From: an uncultured virus (IMG/VR IMGVR_UViG_3300037488_003510) | Taxonomy: Duplodnaviria; Heunggongvirae; Uroviricota; Caudoviricetes | IMG/VR virus record: IMGVR_UViG_3300037488_003510 | DNA length: 64,000 nt | Strand: one strand, 5' to 3' | Part shown: one piece after another, positions 21,567 through 31,593 of the stretch | Layout: every line of letters begins with the position of its first letter | Numbering within the stretch: position 1 is the stretch's first letter | Translations under genes and position numbers: made by a program | Notes under the pieces: generated by a model | What the model was told of the DNA's origin: nothing | What the model saw: only the letters and a program-made list of their open reading frames with translations | The model's database searches: none

Positions 21567-22060
21567 GGGGAACCTCGCCGTTCAGAGCTGATCAAATTGT
21601 TGTTATCAATATACAGACATTCTGGCCCGTAGGACTCAGCATTATGTTGAAGCCATTCTCTTGTTTTGTAGTCGACTTGTGTTTGACAGGAGAATTCTTG
21701 GCCGGCTCCAGTGTAGCTATTTCGACTTGCCCAAAACATTCCGCCTGCCTCGTAAGCGTCCCAGTGCTTCGGTAAGATCTGTCGATTGCTGGAGTAGAAT
21801 TGTCGGCATTCTCTTGCCATCTTAGATTTTGTCGCCGGGGAAATGTCAAACAGTCCGAAGTATCTAAGCAGTGATTCGCGCACTCCTACAAAGCTGTCTT
21901 CCAGCAAACCATCGCTAACGATACTTGCGTGTCTCAAAGCGGCTTCCATGTAACCCCTGAGCATTTCCTTTATGTACGAGGGACCACCCCGTAGAACGGG
22001 TTTATTTGGTCCGAGGTTTCGTTGCTCTGAAGCTGGCAAGATCTTTCGCACTACGATCAT
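21557..22060 (-). CDS. Hypothetical; diverged paralog of C-half of 22064..22732
   Basis: EML..YME.AL...C..FY..N..IL...W....AG..FW..RN. Confidence 0.65.
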   Translation of the reverse strand: MIVVRKILPASEQRNLGPNKPVLRGGPSYIKEMLRGYMEAALRHASIVSDGLLEDSFVGVRESLLRYFGLFDISPATKSKMARECRQFYSSNRQILPKHWDAYEAGGMFWASRNSYTGAGQEFSCQTQVDYKTREWLQHNAESYGPECLYIDNNNLISSERRGSPWR

Positions 22061-22063
22061 CTC

Positions 22064-22732
22064 TTAGTTGGAGTAAATCAAACCATCGTCGCCCGGATAC
22101 AGGTAGACCGCGCCATAGACCCTGGCCGCATCAGCAAGCTTCCTCCTGGACTTGTCATCGCCGTGCTTCGAATCCCAGAATCCAGCACCATGACCATTTC
22201 GATTAAGCCAGAACTCATGACCAGCAGCATCAGGTGGCCACTGTTCATCCAGAATCTTGTGGTTCGCATCGTAGAAATCTGAGCAGTCTTTGAGCATTCC
22301 TTCTTTGGTCTTCTCGGCAATGTCTGAAGTGCCATAGTTGCGATCTAGAGGCTCTTCAGTATCCATGTCTGTGGAAGACCACAAAGCGGTTTCCATGTAC
22401 TGTTGAAGCATCTCCTCGGCGTAGATGGAATTTCTCGAAGACTGTCCCTTGGTTGCGTACTTCCAGTGGGACGGAAGTTTTAGCTTTGCTATCCCCTTAT
22501 CCTTAGCTCGGATGTAAAGGGCATGACCGTGATCATCCCAGGCACAGAAAAGCGGGACATCGTTTCCTCCCCAGTAAGCACCACCGGAGTCGTAATCACC
22601 GTCGACCATCGGTACTTTTTGCAGGTAGACCTTCCCCTCGAAGTCTGACGGCTTGTCTTGGCGCCTACCCATCGGAGCACCATAGCGACTAGAAACGTGG
22701 ACTTCGAAGGGCTTTTCTGCTAGTTTTGGCAT
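22064..22732 (-). CDS. Two-module phage hypothetical protein
   Basis: YGAPMGR...GDYDSGGAYWG and AGHEFWLNRNGHGAGFWD. Confidence 0.75.
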   Translation of the reverse strand: MPKLAEKPFEVHVSSRYGAPMGRRQDKPSDFEGKVYLQKVPMVDGDYDSGGAYWGGNDVPLFCAWDDHGHALYIRAKDKGIAKLKLPSHWKYATKGQSSRNSIYAEEMLQQYMETALWSSTDMDTEEPLDRNYGTSDIAEKTKEGMLKDCSDFYDANHKILDEQWPPDAAGHEFWLNRNGHGAGFWDSKHGDDKSRRKLADAARVYGAVYLYPGDDGLIYSN

Positions 22733-22770
22733 CTCAAACTCCTTGTGGAAACTGCGTTAAAATTTACTAC

Positions 22771-22799
22771 TTGACGCTTCGTTTTGGACGTGGTACCGT
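22771..22799 (+). promoter_or_regulatory. sigma70-like promoter
   Basis: TTGACG-N17-TACCGT upstream of the lone plus-strand lipoprotein. Confidence 0.5.
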
Positions 22800-22825
22800 T
22801 CATTCCCAGGAAAGGGGATCTTAAA

Positions 22826-23437
22826 ATGAAAACGCTGCCAAGTGTACTTTTTTTGCTGGCCATCGGCGGTTGTGTTACCGAGGGAGTCTCGGACGAGGGA
22901 AGTGCCCCCGGTCGAGGGGGAGCAGGCGAGACGAGCGAAGTTGGCCTCGGGGGGACGCCGGACGCGGGAGCTGCTACAGGCGATGCCCAGGGGCTCAAGT
23001 ACACGGATACGGGGGTTCTGCCTGGTACGGACGTCTTGCTGCCTGTCCAGGTGTCCTGCCCGGTTCCTTCACCTACGGGGGACCAGCAGATCCAACAGTC
23101 GTCGGCTACTTCGTACACGGCCCGAGAGAAGGCAAGGTTTTTGGTAACGTCTGCTAACGTGGAGTCGCGTTGCGAGTCGTTTCGAGCAGCAAGCTCGAAC
23201 CTTCCATCCGCCTTGGTGAATTGCCATGATGTTGCCCATGATTTCATGGGAACCTCGGGCCATTCGTGGTGCATTTTCATGCCAGCTTGTCCCCTAGATG
23301 GACTTGGCAAGGTCGACTGTATCGTTGAGGGTTTCGACACGATGAAGCCGTATAACGCTCAGACTGACAAACTGCGAAGGTCGTTTGGGGTATGCTCTCC
23401 ATCTGGAGTGTTTCTAGGATGGTCGTGTAGCTACTAG
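22826..23437 (+). CDS. Cys-rich lipoprotein
   Basis: MKTLPSVLFLLAIGG-C lipobox, Gly-rich linker, several Cys. Confidence 0.7.
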   Translation: MKTLPSVLFLLAIGGCVTEGVSDEGSAPGRGGAGETSEVGLGGTPDAGAATGDAQGLKYTDTGVLPGTDVLLPVQVSCPVPSPTGDQQIQQSSATSYTAREKARFLVTSANVESRCESFRAASSNLPSALVNCHDVAHDFMGTSGHSWCIFMPACPLDGLGKVDCIVEGFDTMKPYNAQTDKLRRSFGVCSPSGVFLGWSCSY

Positions 23438-23441
23438 TTGG

Positions 23442-24380
23442 CTACACACCAATTTCGCATACGATGGCGAGGAATTTGACCGTGGAGTTCCCCGATGAGA
23501 TGCCCACGATGTTTTCGTTCCCAACAACATCGATGCTCGGTGCTGTAGTACCACCCGGAATGACGATATAGTCAACCGGGCGAACGCCATTGTGTAGCAA
23601 GACGGTGAGCGCTACCGAAACGTCAAAGCGTAGTATTTTGATACGCTTGGTGAACGGTGGAAGGGTGTAGAACGCATAGTCGCTGAATCCACCGACGACA
23701 GAAGGACTCGACACTGTTACCTGGGTTGGAGCTGCGATTTCGTCGGAGCAATAGCAGTAGAGTGTTCGGTAAACCTTCGAATGCGGCTTGGTGAAGTAAG
23801 CTGCCATTGCCTTCACAAGAACCGGCTCAGGAGGCACAAGTATATCGCGCCCTCCGGCAGGATCGCTTACGTACACTGGACCTCCAGGTCCTATTGGAGC
23901 TACGTTGGAGAGCTGAGCCAAGGAAGCCGGAGGAGAGGTGCCAAGAACAGTTGCAAGAAGAAGGTTGTCGTAACGGGCATAGACTCTAAGCACGCCGGTC
24001 GGGACGGTGACAACCACACCACCGTCTTGAGGCTCGGTAGCTTCAGCGGCTTGGACAATGTTGCCGTAGAATGGTCCAACGGGAATGTCAAATTCGACCC
24101 GAGTGCTTCGGCCTCCATTTCCAAACTCTATGACACCTGTGATCGGGCCAGGAAAGCCGGGATTAGGATTCTGAGCACCTACCAACCGTGACGCTGTAAC
24201 CACGATGGAGGTAGTCTGCCCAGATGCCGAACCACCAGTTAGTTGTAGCAGACGTTCCGGATTGGTTTGAGGGATGCAAGTGGCCGCTCCAACTTGAGGA
24301 GTAATAACCGCCGAGTTTCCAATGTTCTGCTCTGCATTCTGCAACAGAGGAGTCTTGTCAGCTGTAATATCGCGTCCCAT
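23442..24380 (-). CDS. Beta-rich putative virion protein (vertex or spike?)
   Basis: 312 aa, G/T/V/P-rich, at end of structural module. Confidence 0.55.
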   Translation of the reverse strand: MGRDITADKTPLLQNAEQNIGNSAVITPQVGAATCIPQTNPERLLQLTGGSASGQTTSIVVTASRLVGAQNPNPGFPGPITGVIEFGNGGRSTRVEFDIPVGPFYGNIVQAAEATEPQDGGVVVTVPTGVLRVYARYDNLLLATVLGTSPPASLAQLSNVAPIGPGGPVYVSDPAGGRDILVPPEPVLVKAMAAYFTKPHSKVYRTLYCYCSDEIAAPTQVTVSSPSVVGGFSDYAFYTLPPFTKRIKILRFDVSVALTVLLHNGVRPVDYIVIPGGTTAPSIDVVGNENIVGISSGNSTVKFLAIVCEIGV

Positions 24381-24384
24381 GGTA

Positions 24385-24756
24385 TCAGTCCTCCTGGCCT
24401 TCCGCCGACACCAGGCTAGCGCCGACGGTTACCGAATTGGTGTCATTGTTGGAAAAGACGATCTTAATTGGCTTTTCTGGCGTGACATCCACTTCCATCG
24501 TCAGCCCAAAGCGAAAAAAGTCTAGTTGTACTGGTTGTTGACCTGGAACAAGGTTGATGTTGTCCCAATAGAGACCTTCAATCTGAACATTCGTGTTTCT
24601 GGGACTCATGTAGAGACGAGCGGTCTTCATAGGGACATCGGGAACGAGCACGAGCTGAGCGCATTCCCCTGGGGCGACCTCTATCGACTCAAGGACGATC
24701 TTGATACTCTCGTTGGTATACTTCCCTTCGGAGTCTATGTCATTGGGAATGGTCAT
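24385..24756 (-). CDS. Small beta-sandwich protein, possible distant capsid-family paralog
   Basis: EVAPGE...P.VP...RL...IKIVFSN...VGASLV strand pattern. Confidence 0.5.
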   Translation of the reverse strand: MTIPNDIDSEGKYTNESIKIVLESIEVAPGECAQLVLVPDVPMKTARLYMSPRNTNVQIEGLYWDNINLVPGQQPVQLDFFRFGLTMEVDVTPEKPIKIVFSNNDTNSVTVGASLVSAEGQED

Positions 24757-25154
24757 CGACCTCGCCGCGCCATCTCAACCTTGATTTCCTGGACTGAGTC
24801 TACAACCTTTTGAAATGCATTGCTTTGCACTTCCAAGGTGCGGTCTTGCCTGTCTAGTGTCTTGGAAAACCTGTCAAGTATCTGCAATATGGCAGTCTTG
24901 TCTTTGGCGTCTTGCACATTCTGCACGTTGTACTCTTCGCGAGTTACATAGAACGCCTTACCGAGACCTCCCATCAAACCGCTTATGGCCACTGCTATTC
25001 CTAGGAGAATAGACACAGTGAGGACGAACGGAGTCGACGGCTTGTACTTTGGGAGATTGCGACTGGAGTGTGAAGTAGCAATCGGCTCGCTTCCTTCTGA
25101 AGAGTCATCCATTTGGGTTTCAATTACAGGATGTGAAGGATGTCTTGGACTCAT
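24753..25154 (-). CDS. TM plus coiled-coil protein (holin-like?)
   Basis: One TM followed by coiled coil. Confidence 0.5.
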   Translation of the reverse strand: MSPRHPSHPVIETQMDDSSEGSEPIATSHSSRNLPKYKPSTPFVLTVSILLGIAVAISGLMGGLGKAFYVTREEYNVQNVQDAKDKTAILQILDRFSKTLDRQDRTLEVQSNAFQKVVDSVQEIKVEMARRGR

Positions 25155-25420
25155 TGTGGTTTTCCTTTTGACCGTTGGATGTTCTTTAGTCTATTGGCTA
25201 TTGCCTCGAACTTCCTCCCCAACTTCTTCTCTTCAAACTCCCTTGACAACACAACCCCGTCTTCGGCTTGATCTAATGTAATGGTTTCCGGAGTCATATT
25301 TGCTAGTTTAGCCAGTTTGCGCTTTCTCCAGGCTGGTTTTATAGTGGGCTCGACGGTCTGATCAAATGCGACTTTGACTAGACCGCCGACGATGCCAAGT
25401 GCAAACAGCAATCCCCACAT
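25151..25420 (-). CDS. Small membrane protein
   Basis: N-terminal TM. Confidence 0.6.
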   Translation of the reverse strand: MWGLLFALGIVGGLVKVAFDQTVEPTIKPAWRKRKLAKLANMTPETITLDQAEDGVVLSREFEEKKLGRKFEAIANRLKNIQRSKGKPQ

Positions 25421-25426
25421 GGAAGG

Positions 25427-28400
25427 TTACGTTTCGACCTTCACGCCCTTCGACGTTAGGTAAGTCAAGATTTTGTCACCCGAGGCCGTCTTCGCCGTGG
25501 CGCTGGCGTTTAGGCCGACATTGGCTAAGACAGCTTTGTTGAAGTCCTTCTTGCTCAGTTTCTTTGATTGCAGCGCATCCACGATGATCTCCTTGAAGCC
25601 GCGTTCAGCCCCTAGTTGATCGTCCTTTGTTTTTGATGTCTCAGCTGCTGGAGCCACCACGGGGACGGTTGGCGGTGTAGGCACAGGTGCAGGTATGGGA
25701 GCTGGAGCTGGCGCCGGCTTCTTTTTCTTCGTCTTGCTGTCTATTGCCATTGCCAAAGCTGCTGTACTAGAAAGGGCAGCCGTGGCGGGTAGGAGGATAG
25801 GAGCAACATTGGCTAGTTTTCGGAAGATGCTGAACGGGGACCATCCCATAGTGGTGCTAGTAGCAACTGACCTGGAGCGTCCCGTGATACCACCACGATA
25901 GTTGGCGAGAGGATCGCGAGTTGCGAAGGCAAGCGCCTTGAGGCTTTCCGTGATGAGAGAACCGAGGCCCGTGATGGGAGCTAACGGCAGGTCAGGAAGT
26001 GACGACAAGGGCTCAGGTCCTTCATAAGGAGGTGCTTTGGCCGCGATGATGGCAGCCTTGGAGTGCTGATTGAGCCGCTCAGCCAACCGTACTCCCTTGA
26101 CACCTTCCTCGGGCGTGATGGTGCCTTGGTTGGCCTTGGTGATAAGGGTAGTTAGCTCGGCTTGCGCAGCAGTCTGTTCGGCCGGAGGCAACGGCGGATT
26201 GACCTTGGCTAGGTACTCAGCCTTGGCATTGGGCTTGGCGGCGAGTGCCTTGGCGACGGTAGCAGCGGCGGTGAGAGAAACAGCTGCAAGAGTGGCTTCG
26301 GGAATCGGATTTTCTTGAGTCGCAGCTTTGGTGATTTCCTTGGCCTCGGCGATGGCACTTGGATCTCTCGCGGCGATGCGCTCGTTGAGATTGGCCGCAT
26401 CTTGCATCGTCTGCGAAATTGGCTTTCCCTTGTTGATGTCATCGATGAGTTGAACAGCCACGACATTTGCTGTCTTCTTGATGGCATTTGGGTCGCCAGT
26501 CTTCGCTGCTTCGAAGTTTTTGACGATGGCTTCCTTGGCTTGTTCGTTTCCAGCTTCCTTTGCAGCAACAACAGGGGCAGTGCGCTTCAAGTCTTCCGTC
26601 GCGGACGGCGCCTTAGTTGCACTGACTGCCAAGTTACCAGCCTCTTGCTTATTGCCGAGGGCTTGAGCGGAACGAGCACCGGCCGCCAACTCTTCGCGAG
26701 TAGCAGTTCCAGCAGCCTGCTTGGCCTTGGCCACAGCAACATTTTGCTTGTGGTTGACAGGGGCTTTCTTCGCGACCTTCTTGCCGAGCACCTTCGGTAG
26801 CACCGCAACGCCCGTGGCAATGGTTGAAGCAACAGCTACACCAATTGCTACTCGTCCCATGAAGCGCTTGGCATTGGGGTTTCCAGCTGACGCAGCAGCC
26901 TTGTTTACTTCATAGACACGCACAGCCTTCGGATTGCCTTTGCGCACCTTTTCCGCGAACTTCTGAGCCGCCACGAGGTTCTTGCGCTCGCGAGGTGTTT
27001 TGGCTGCCAGACGAACGGTCTTGGCAAGCTTCATCGCCTTAACACTACCAGCAGCCCTCTTGTCGCCTTTCTGAGCGAGGACAACTTGCTTCTTCACGAA
27101 AGCGCGAGCGGACTTGTTGCCAGTAGCTGCTTTGCGCTCAACCTTTGCCAAGGTGTTCAATTGGCGCTTTCGAGTCATGCGGACAAGCTTATTGGCCACT
27201 CCTGCTTCAAGCTTTCGCTGCACAGCAATGACTTTCTTTACCTTCGCGGTCTTGGCCTTGGCCACGGCATCTGTCTTCAATGCCTTTTGCTTGGCAAGAA
27301 CGGCCAGACGTCCAGCCTTGATCACATTGACATCGTGGAGGGCTTGCTTGTCGCCTTTCTTGGCTTTTGCGACCATGGTGGCCACAGCGGCATAGGCTTT
27401 CTTGTCACCTCGCTTGGCGCGCCTGTAGATTTCGGCGCCAGCTCGGATCTGAGTGCCCGTGGGGGATTGTTCCGCAGCCTTGGCGACGATCTTAGCTGAC
27501 TTCGAATCAGGCTTGAGTTGCTTAGTCCAGGCTCCCACGAAAGCACCCGAGGTGTCTTCGCTAGCCAAGTCAGGATTAGCTTCGACTTCCTTGGTCTTCA
27601 TAGCGGCTTCCTTGGCTAGAGCCTCAGCGTCGGCGGCATCGGCCTCGGCGTCGGCGGCAGCTGCAATAGCATTTTGAGCCCTCAGTTCGGCTTGCGTTTT
27701 CGCATCAGCTGCGGCGGCGCGAGCCCGAGCGGCGGTAGCTCGTTTGCGAGCTGCCGTCAGTTGGGAAAGGCGAACTTGTTCTGGTGACGAACCCCCCTTG
27801 CTGACAATGCCCAGCTTCTGCCCGGTCCACTTGGCGGCAGAGGCAATGTGCTTGGCAGGCAACCAAATGGGAGCAGTTGCGTACTTGAAAGCGCTGGACA
27901 AGGAGAAGCCGATGAAATCTCCTCCCATGATGTCGCCTGACTTCTTCAGTTCGGCCAGTGCTTTCACAGCGCGAGGATTGCCAGAGGCAGCCAGTTTGAC
28001 GATGGTCGAAACCATCTTCTTGTCGGCATCGCTCATGACCTTGGTGGCGCCAACGAAAGCACCTCTGCACAGCGTTTTTGCCTTGGAGTGACCGACAAAA
28101 GCAGAGCCAGAGACATGTGACTTGGTGAAGTCGTGCAGTTTCTTCTGTCCCTTGAGGAGATTGCGAACCAACTTCACTTCATCACTTGCCAGTTCTTTGC
28201 CCTCGGCGATCTTCTTTCCGAGAGCCTCGGCGATCTTCTTGTGCTTCCGATTGGCGTTAGCAGCGTTTTCGATGTTACCCATGATGCAAGCACCGACGAA
28301 GGCTCCGTGCATGACCAATGCTGGGTCATTGGAGGCTTCGATGAGGTCGCCGTGGACCACTCGAATGGAATGCAGCAAGCGAGCGATCTTTCGCGCGTTC

Positions 28401-30193
28401 TTGAGTTCAATTTCAGTGAGTGGTTCGCCCTTGGCGATCTTAGCGTAGAGGGCCATAGCCTCGTTCTTCTTGCCAGTCTTCTCAAGAGCTTTCATGACGA
28501 CTGTGGTGACAGGCGTGGGCTTGTCGTGACCAACAAATTCTTCACCGACAAAGGCTTCACCTACGAACTCGCCCTTGATGGAATCGGAAATGGCCTTGAG
28601 TTGCTCTTCGGTTGCGGCGGCCTGAGACTTCGCGGCCTCCACGGCATCGGAAGCCGCTTTAGCCTTTTCGGCTTGATCGAGAAGCGCCTTCTTTTTTCCG
28701 AGTTTCTTTTGCAGAGCGGCGTTTTCGATCCACTTGTTCTTCTCAATATCGGTGAACTTGCGTTCTTCCTTCGACTTGAACCAGTATGCCGGATTGAGCT
28801 TGTAGAGGAAGGCACCGCTGTCATCAGCTTCGCCCGAGACGACTGCTCCCTGCTTGAGCAGCACATCCATGACTCGCTTGGACCGTGGGTGTCCTTGACG
28901 AGCCAAAGTAGCGAGCACGCCGACCTCGCCAGGTGAGAGGGGTTTGCCATTGCGAAGTTTGTTTACTCCGAGAGCGACAAGTTGATCTGCCTTGGATTGT
29001 TGTTTCTTCACATCGACGCCACTCAGGATTTCCGTGGCGAAGGCACCGAGAGTATCGTCACCGCTAATGCCGGTTTCCACGTCTCCCTGAGAGGCATATG
29101 GATCGTAAGCGTCTTGGGCGTAGGCATTGGGGTCATACGCGGCTTGCTGAGCGTATGGATCGGCTTGCTGGGCATACGGATCGGCTTGTGCCGCGTATGG
29201 GTCTGAGCCTTCTGGATACTGATTGAGCGGCATGCCGTTCGGTCCAATGGGCTGACCGTCCGGGCCGATCTGCATAGGCTGCCCGTTTGGACCGACATCC
29301 GAGCGTTGACCAGCGGTATTGTTCACAACGACCGTGGCTTGAGACTGAAACCAGGAAAGGGGATTCCACCACGATCCCATGATCTCACCGCCCATGATTT
29401 CCGCTCCCAAGATTTCGTCTTTGCCAACAATGGCAGTGACTGGCAATCCGCCTCGTTTCATCTGCCCTTTAGCCCAATTTTTGGCAACCGACTCATAGTA
29501 GGCCCGAGGGCGCAGTGGTCGACCAGAGCGTTGGTCTTGAAGTCCGAGGTAGTTGGCGCGAGTTGGCCAGAGCTTGGCATAGGTAGAGCGAACGACCTGT
29601 GCCTTTCCAGCATCGCGACCTGGAACAAATCGCATGGCAGTGCTGCCAATTGCCTTAGCACCCCTCCAAGCCATACTGGCTGGCATGGTGACGCCTTTCT
29701 TGGCGAGACTGAAAGCGCTTGAAGCCGCCTTTTTCAGGCTAGAAAGGCCAGGGATTCCCCAACCGAGGTCGCTGTCTAGGCCAAGTCGTTCCATTTGCTC
29801 TTCGTTGCGGTTCATGTGTGTGTCTCCATAGATTGAGTCGTCCAAAACTGGGTCAAGACCTTGGTATCCACGGCGCGAGTTTTCAATCATCCAGTCCTCG
29901 TGCTCAGGATCGTCTACTTTGGTTAATCCCTTGAGGCCGGGAGTCGATTCGAGGATATCTAGTTCATCTTCATTGAGTGGTCGCATGGTATCCACGACCT
30001 CTTGTGCTTCACCAGGGCTCAATTCGTCGAGCAGAGCTGTAAAGGCAGCGTCCTCTTCAGTGTCGTCGGCGACAGTCGAGCCTTTGGGAATCAACAGACC
30101 CGTGAGGCCCTTACCATCGAACTCGGGAGCATCGTCGACAGGTTGGAGAGAGGTGCTCTCTAGACCGAACAGATCGCGTGTTTGCTTCTTCAT
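25427..30193 (-). CDS. 1588-aa Ala/Lys-rich putative internal virion (poly)protein
   Basis: Repeated xFVG/IMG/ILG motifs, G[DN]xxA helical repeats, amphipathic segments. Confidence 0.8.
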   Translation of the reverse strand: MKKQTRDLFGLESTSLQPVDDAPEFDGKGLTGLLIPKGSTVADDTEEDAAFTALLDELSPGEAQEVVDTMRPLNEDELDILESTPGLKGLTKVDDPEHEDWMIENSRRGYQGLDPVLDDSIYGDTHMNRNEEQMERLGLDSDLGWGIPGLSSLKKAASSAFSLAKKGVTMPASMAWRGAKAIGSTAMRFVPGRDAGKAQVVRSTYAKLWPTRANYLGLQDQRSGRPLRPRAYYESVAKNWAKGQMKRGGLPVTAIVGKDEILGAEIMGGEIMGSWWNPLSWFQSQATVVVNNTAGQRSDVGPNGQPMQIGPDGQPIGPNGMPLNQYPEGSDPYAAQADPYAQQADPYAQQAAYDPNAYAQDAYDPYASQGDVETGISGDDTLGAFATEILSGVDVKKQQSKADQLVALGVNKLRNGKPLSPGEVGVLATLARQGHPRSKRVMDVLLKQGAVVSGEADDSGAFLYKLNPAYWFKSKEERKFTDIEKNKWIENAALQKKLGKKKALLDQAEKAKAASDAVEAAKSQAAATEEQLKAISDSIKGEFVGEAFVGEEFVGHDKPTPVTTVVMKALEKTGKKNEAMALYAKIAKGEPLTEIELKNARKIARLLHSIRVVHGDLIEASNDPALVMHGAFVGACIMGNIENAANANRKHKKIAEALGKKIAEGKELASDEVKLVRNLLKGQKKLHDFTKSHVSGSAFVGHSKAKTLCRGAFVGATKVMSDADKKMVSTIVKLAASGNPRAVKALAELKKSGDIMGGDFIGFSLSSAFKYATAPIWLPAKHIASAAKWTGQKLGIVSKGGSSPEQVRLSQLTAARKRATAARARAAAADAKTQAELRAQNAIAAAADAEADAADAEALAKEAAMKTKEVEANPDLASEDTSGAFVGAWTKQLKPDSKSAKIVAKAAEQSPTGTQIRAGAEIYRRAKRGDKKAYAAVATMVAKAKKGDKQALHDVNVIKAGRLAVLAKQKALKTDAVAKAKTAKVKKVIAVQRKLEAGVANKLVRMTRKRQLNTLAKVERKAATGNKSARAFVKKQVVLAQKGDKRAAGSVKAMKLAKTVRLAAKTPRERKNLVAAQKFAEKVRKGNPKAVRVYEVNKAAASAGNPNAKRFMGRVAIGVAVASTIATGVAVLPKVLGKKVAKKAPVNHKQNVAVAKAKQAAGTATREELAAGARSAQALGNKQEAGNLAVSATKAPSATEDLKRTAPVVAAKEAGNEQAKEAIVKNFEAAKTGDPNAIKKTANVVAVQLIDDINKGKPISQTMQDAANLNERIAARDPSAIAEAKEITKAATQENPIPEATLAAVSLTAAATVAKALAAKPNAKAEYLAKVNPPLPPAEQTAAQAELTTLITKANQGTITPEEGVKGVRLAERLNQHSKAAIIAAKAPPYEGPEPLSSLPDLPLAPITGLGSLITESLKALAFATRDPLANYRGGITGRSRSVATSTTMGWSPFSIFRKLANVAPILLPATAALSSTAALAMAIDSKTKKKKPAPAPAPIPAPVPTPPTVPVVAPAAETSKTKDDQLGAERGFKEIIVDALQSKKLSKKDFNKAVLANVGLNASATAKTASGDKILTYLTSKGVKVET

Positions 30194-30506
30194 GATTGGA
30201 ACTCTACAGGTGAGATTGAATTAGGTGTGCCACACCACTTGCGCTCAGATCGCTATTGTCTCCCATGTATTCTACCATTCCCAACACAGCCGAAATCATT
30301 TCTTTCATTGAAAATTTGCTAGCCGAACATAGTTCATCAATTCCCTCTTCTGGGCTATTGAACCAAAAAATTTCAGCGGCATTTTCGCCAAATGAACGAG
30401 CCCTCTTAATCGAATCTTCCCGATATGATTTGCGGGCGTTGGTTGAGTTCCTTGGTGAATAAGACTGAGATGATTTTCGATTTGGCATGTATTTCCTCGT
30501 GAGTGG

Positions 30507-31583
30507 TTAGACCGTTCGCCGTCCTGGTTGAGCACCTGGCAGGTACAGGGAGATTCCCGCCTTGCCGATGACCTTATCAACTGCCTCCTTGGCACGGAAG
30601 AAGTCTTTTGTGGTTGGTTTCTTTCCGCCAGCCGCTTTGATTGCCTGCTTGACAACGGTTGCCCTGTAGGTGTCGTGGGGGATGGAAGCGCCAATGAAGT
30701 CGCCCTTGATGAAGTTCCAGTGGCGATTGTAGCCCATGGAGCCGGTACGGCGCCGGAGAGCAGCACGTTCGCATTGACCACCTTCGGCCGCCAAGGCTCG
30801 CTCTTCCTCGCCGACGAAGACGTCGATGGTGGGCTGCGGGAGGGGGCCAGTGGGGCTCGGGGTGGGGGTGTTGGTGTAGTAGTATTCGTACTCAGGATCG
30901 TAGGGCAGCGGAGGATACTGAGAAGTTGAAGGTGAAAACGCTGCGGGCGATCCGTATGGGTTGCTGGAGGAAAGTGCTGGGGGTGCTCCATAGGGAGTAG
31001 TGGAAGGAATCACGGGAGGAGCCGTCGAGGGAGCAACCTGAGTGCCAAGTTTTCGCTGTAGACGTTGCAGCTTAGCAGCAGCTTGTTGATCACCAGCATT
31101 GGCCTGAGTTTGCAAGGTGCTCATTCGCTGTTGAACCTTTTGCAATCTTGCCGTAGCCCGAGTATCGCCGGCAGCGGCACGCGACTGCAAGCGTTGAAGT
31201 CCTGGTTGGTGGGGACGACGACGGCGGCCACCGAAGGCACCGAGGGAGGAGCCAGCAATCGAAGGAGGAGTTGGCAAGGAAGCTTTGTACTTCAAGGCCG
31301 AGGCGAGCACTCGCTTGGCGTTGTCGTTTCCTTTCAATGACAGACGAGCAACATGACCAGCGTATGCCTTGTTGAAGGTGATCATGCGAGCGACATCATT
31401 GATTTGATCTTGCGTCTTGAGCCCAGCGATTTCCTTTTCGAAATCCTCGCGCTCCGCTTCCCGAGATCCAGGCGTAGATTCGAAAAGCCGGCTGACGCCG
31501 GACGAACTAGATTCGTTGCCAGCACAAGCGGGAGTGCGAGACCAATTTCGAGTAGTTTCTCCAAGAATCAGATCGAATGACAT
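30507..31583 (-). CDS. Putative virion protein with MSFDLILG tag
   Basis: AGGAG SD before internal Met; shares FVG..ERA.A..GG.CERAALRRR with upstream gene. Confidence 0.75.
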   Translation of the reverse strand: MSFDLILGETTRNWSRTPACAGNESSSSGVSRLFESTPGSREAEREDFEKEIAGLKTQDQINDVARMITFNKAYAGHVARLSLKGNDNAKRVLASALKYKASLPTPPSIAGSSLGAFGGRRRRPHQPGLQRLQSRAAAGDTRATARLQKVQQRMSTLQTQANAGDQQAAAKLQRLQRKLGTQVAPSTAPPVIPSTTPYGAPPALSSSNPYGSPAAFSPSTSQYPPLPYDPEYEYYYTNTPTPSPTGPLPQPTIDVFVGEEERALAAEGGQCERAALRRRTGSMGYNRHWNFIKGDFIGASIPHDTYRATVVKQAIKAAGGKKPTTKDFFRAKEAVDKVIGKAGISLYLPGAQPGRRTV

Positions 31584-31593
31584 TGCATTTCTC

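Noticed and set aside
25427..30193. Tape measure protein
   Set aside because: No adjacent tail-tube, chaperone or baseplate genes are recognisable, and the motif structure differs. It is not fully excluded.
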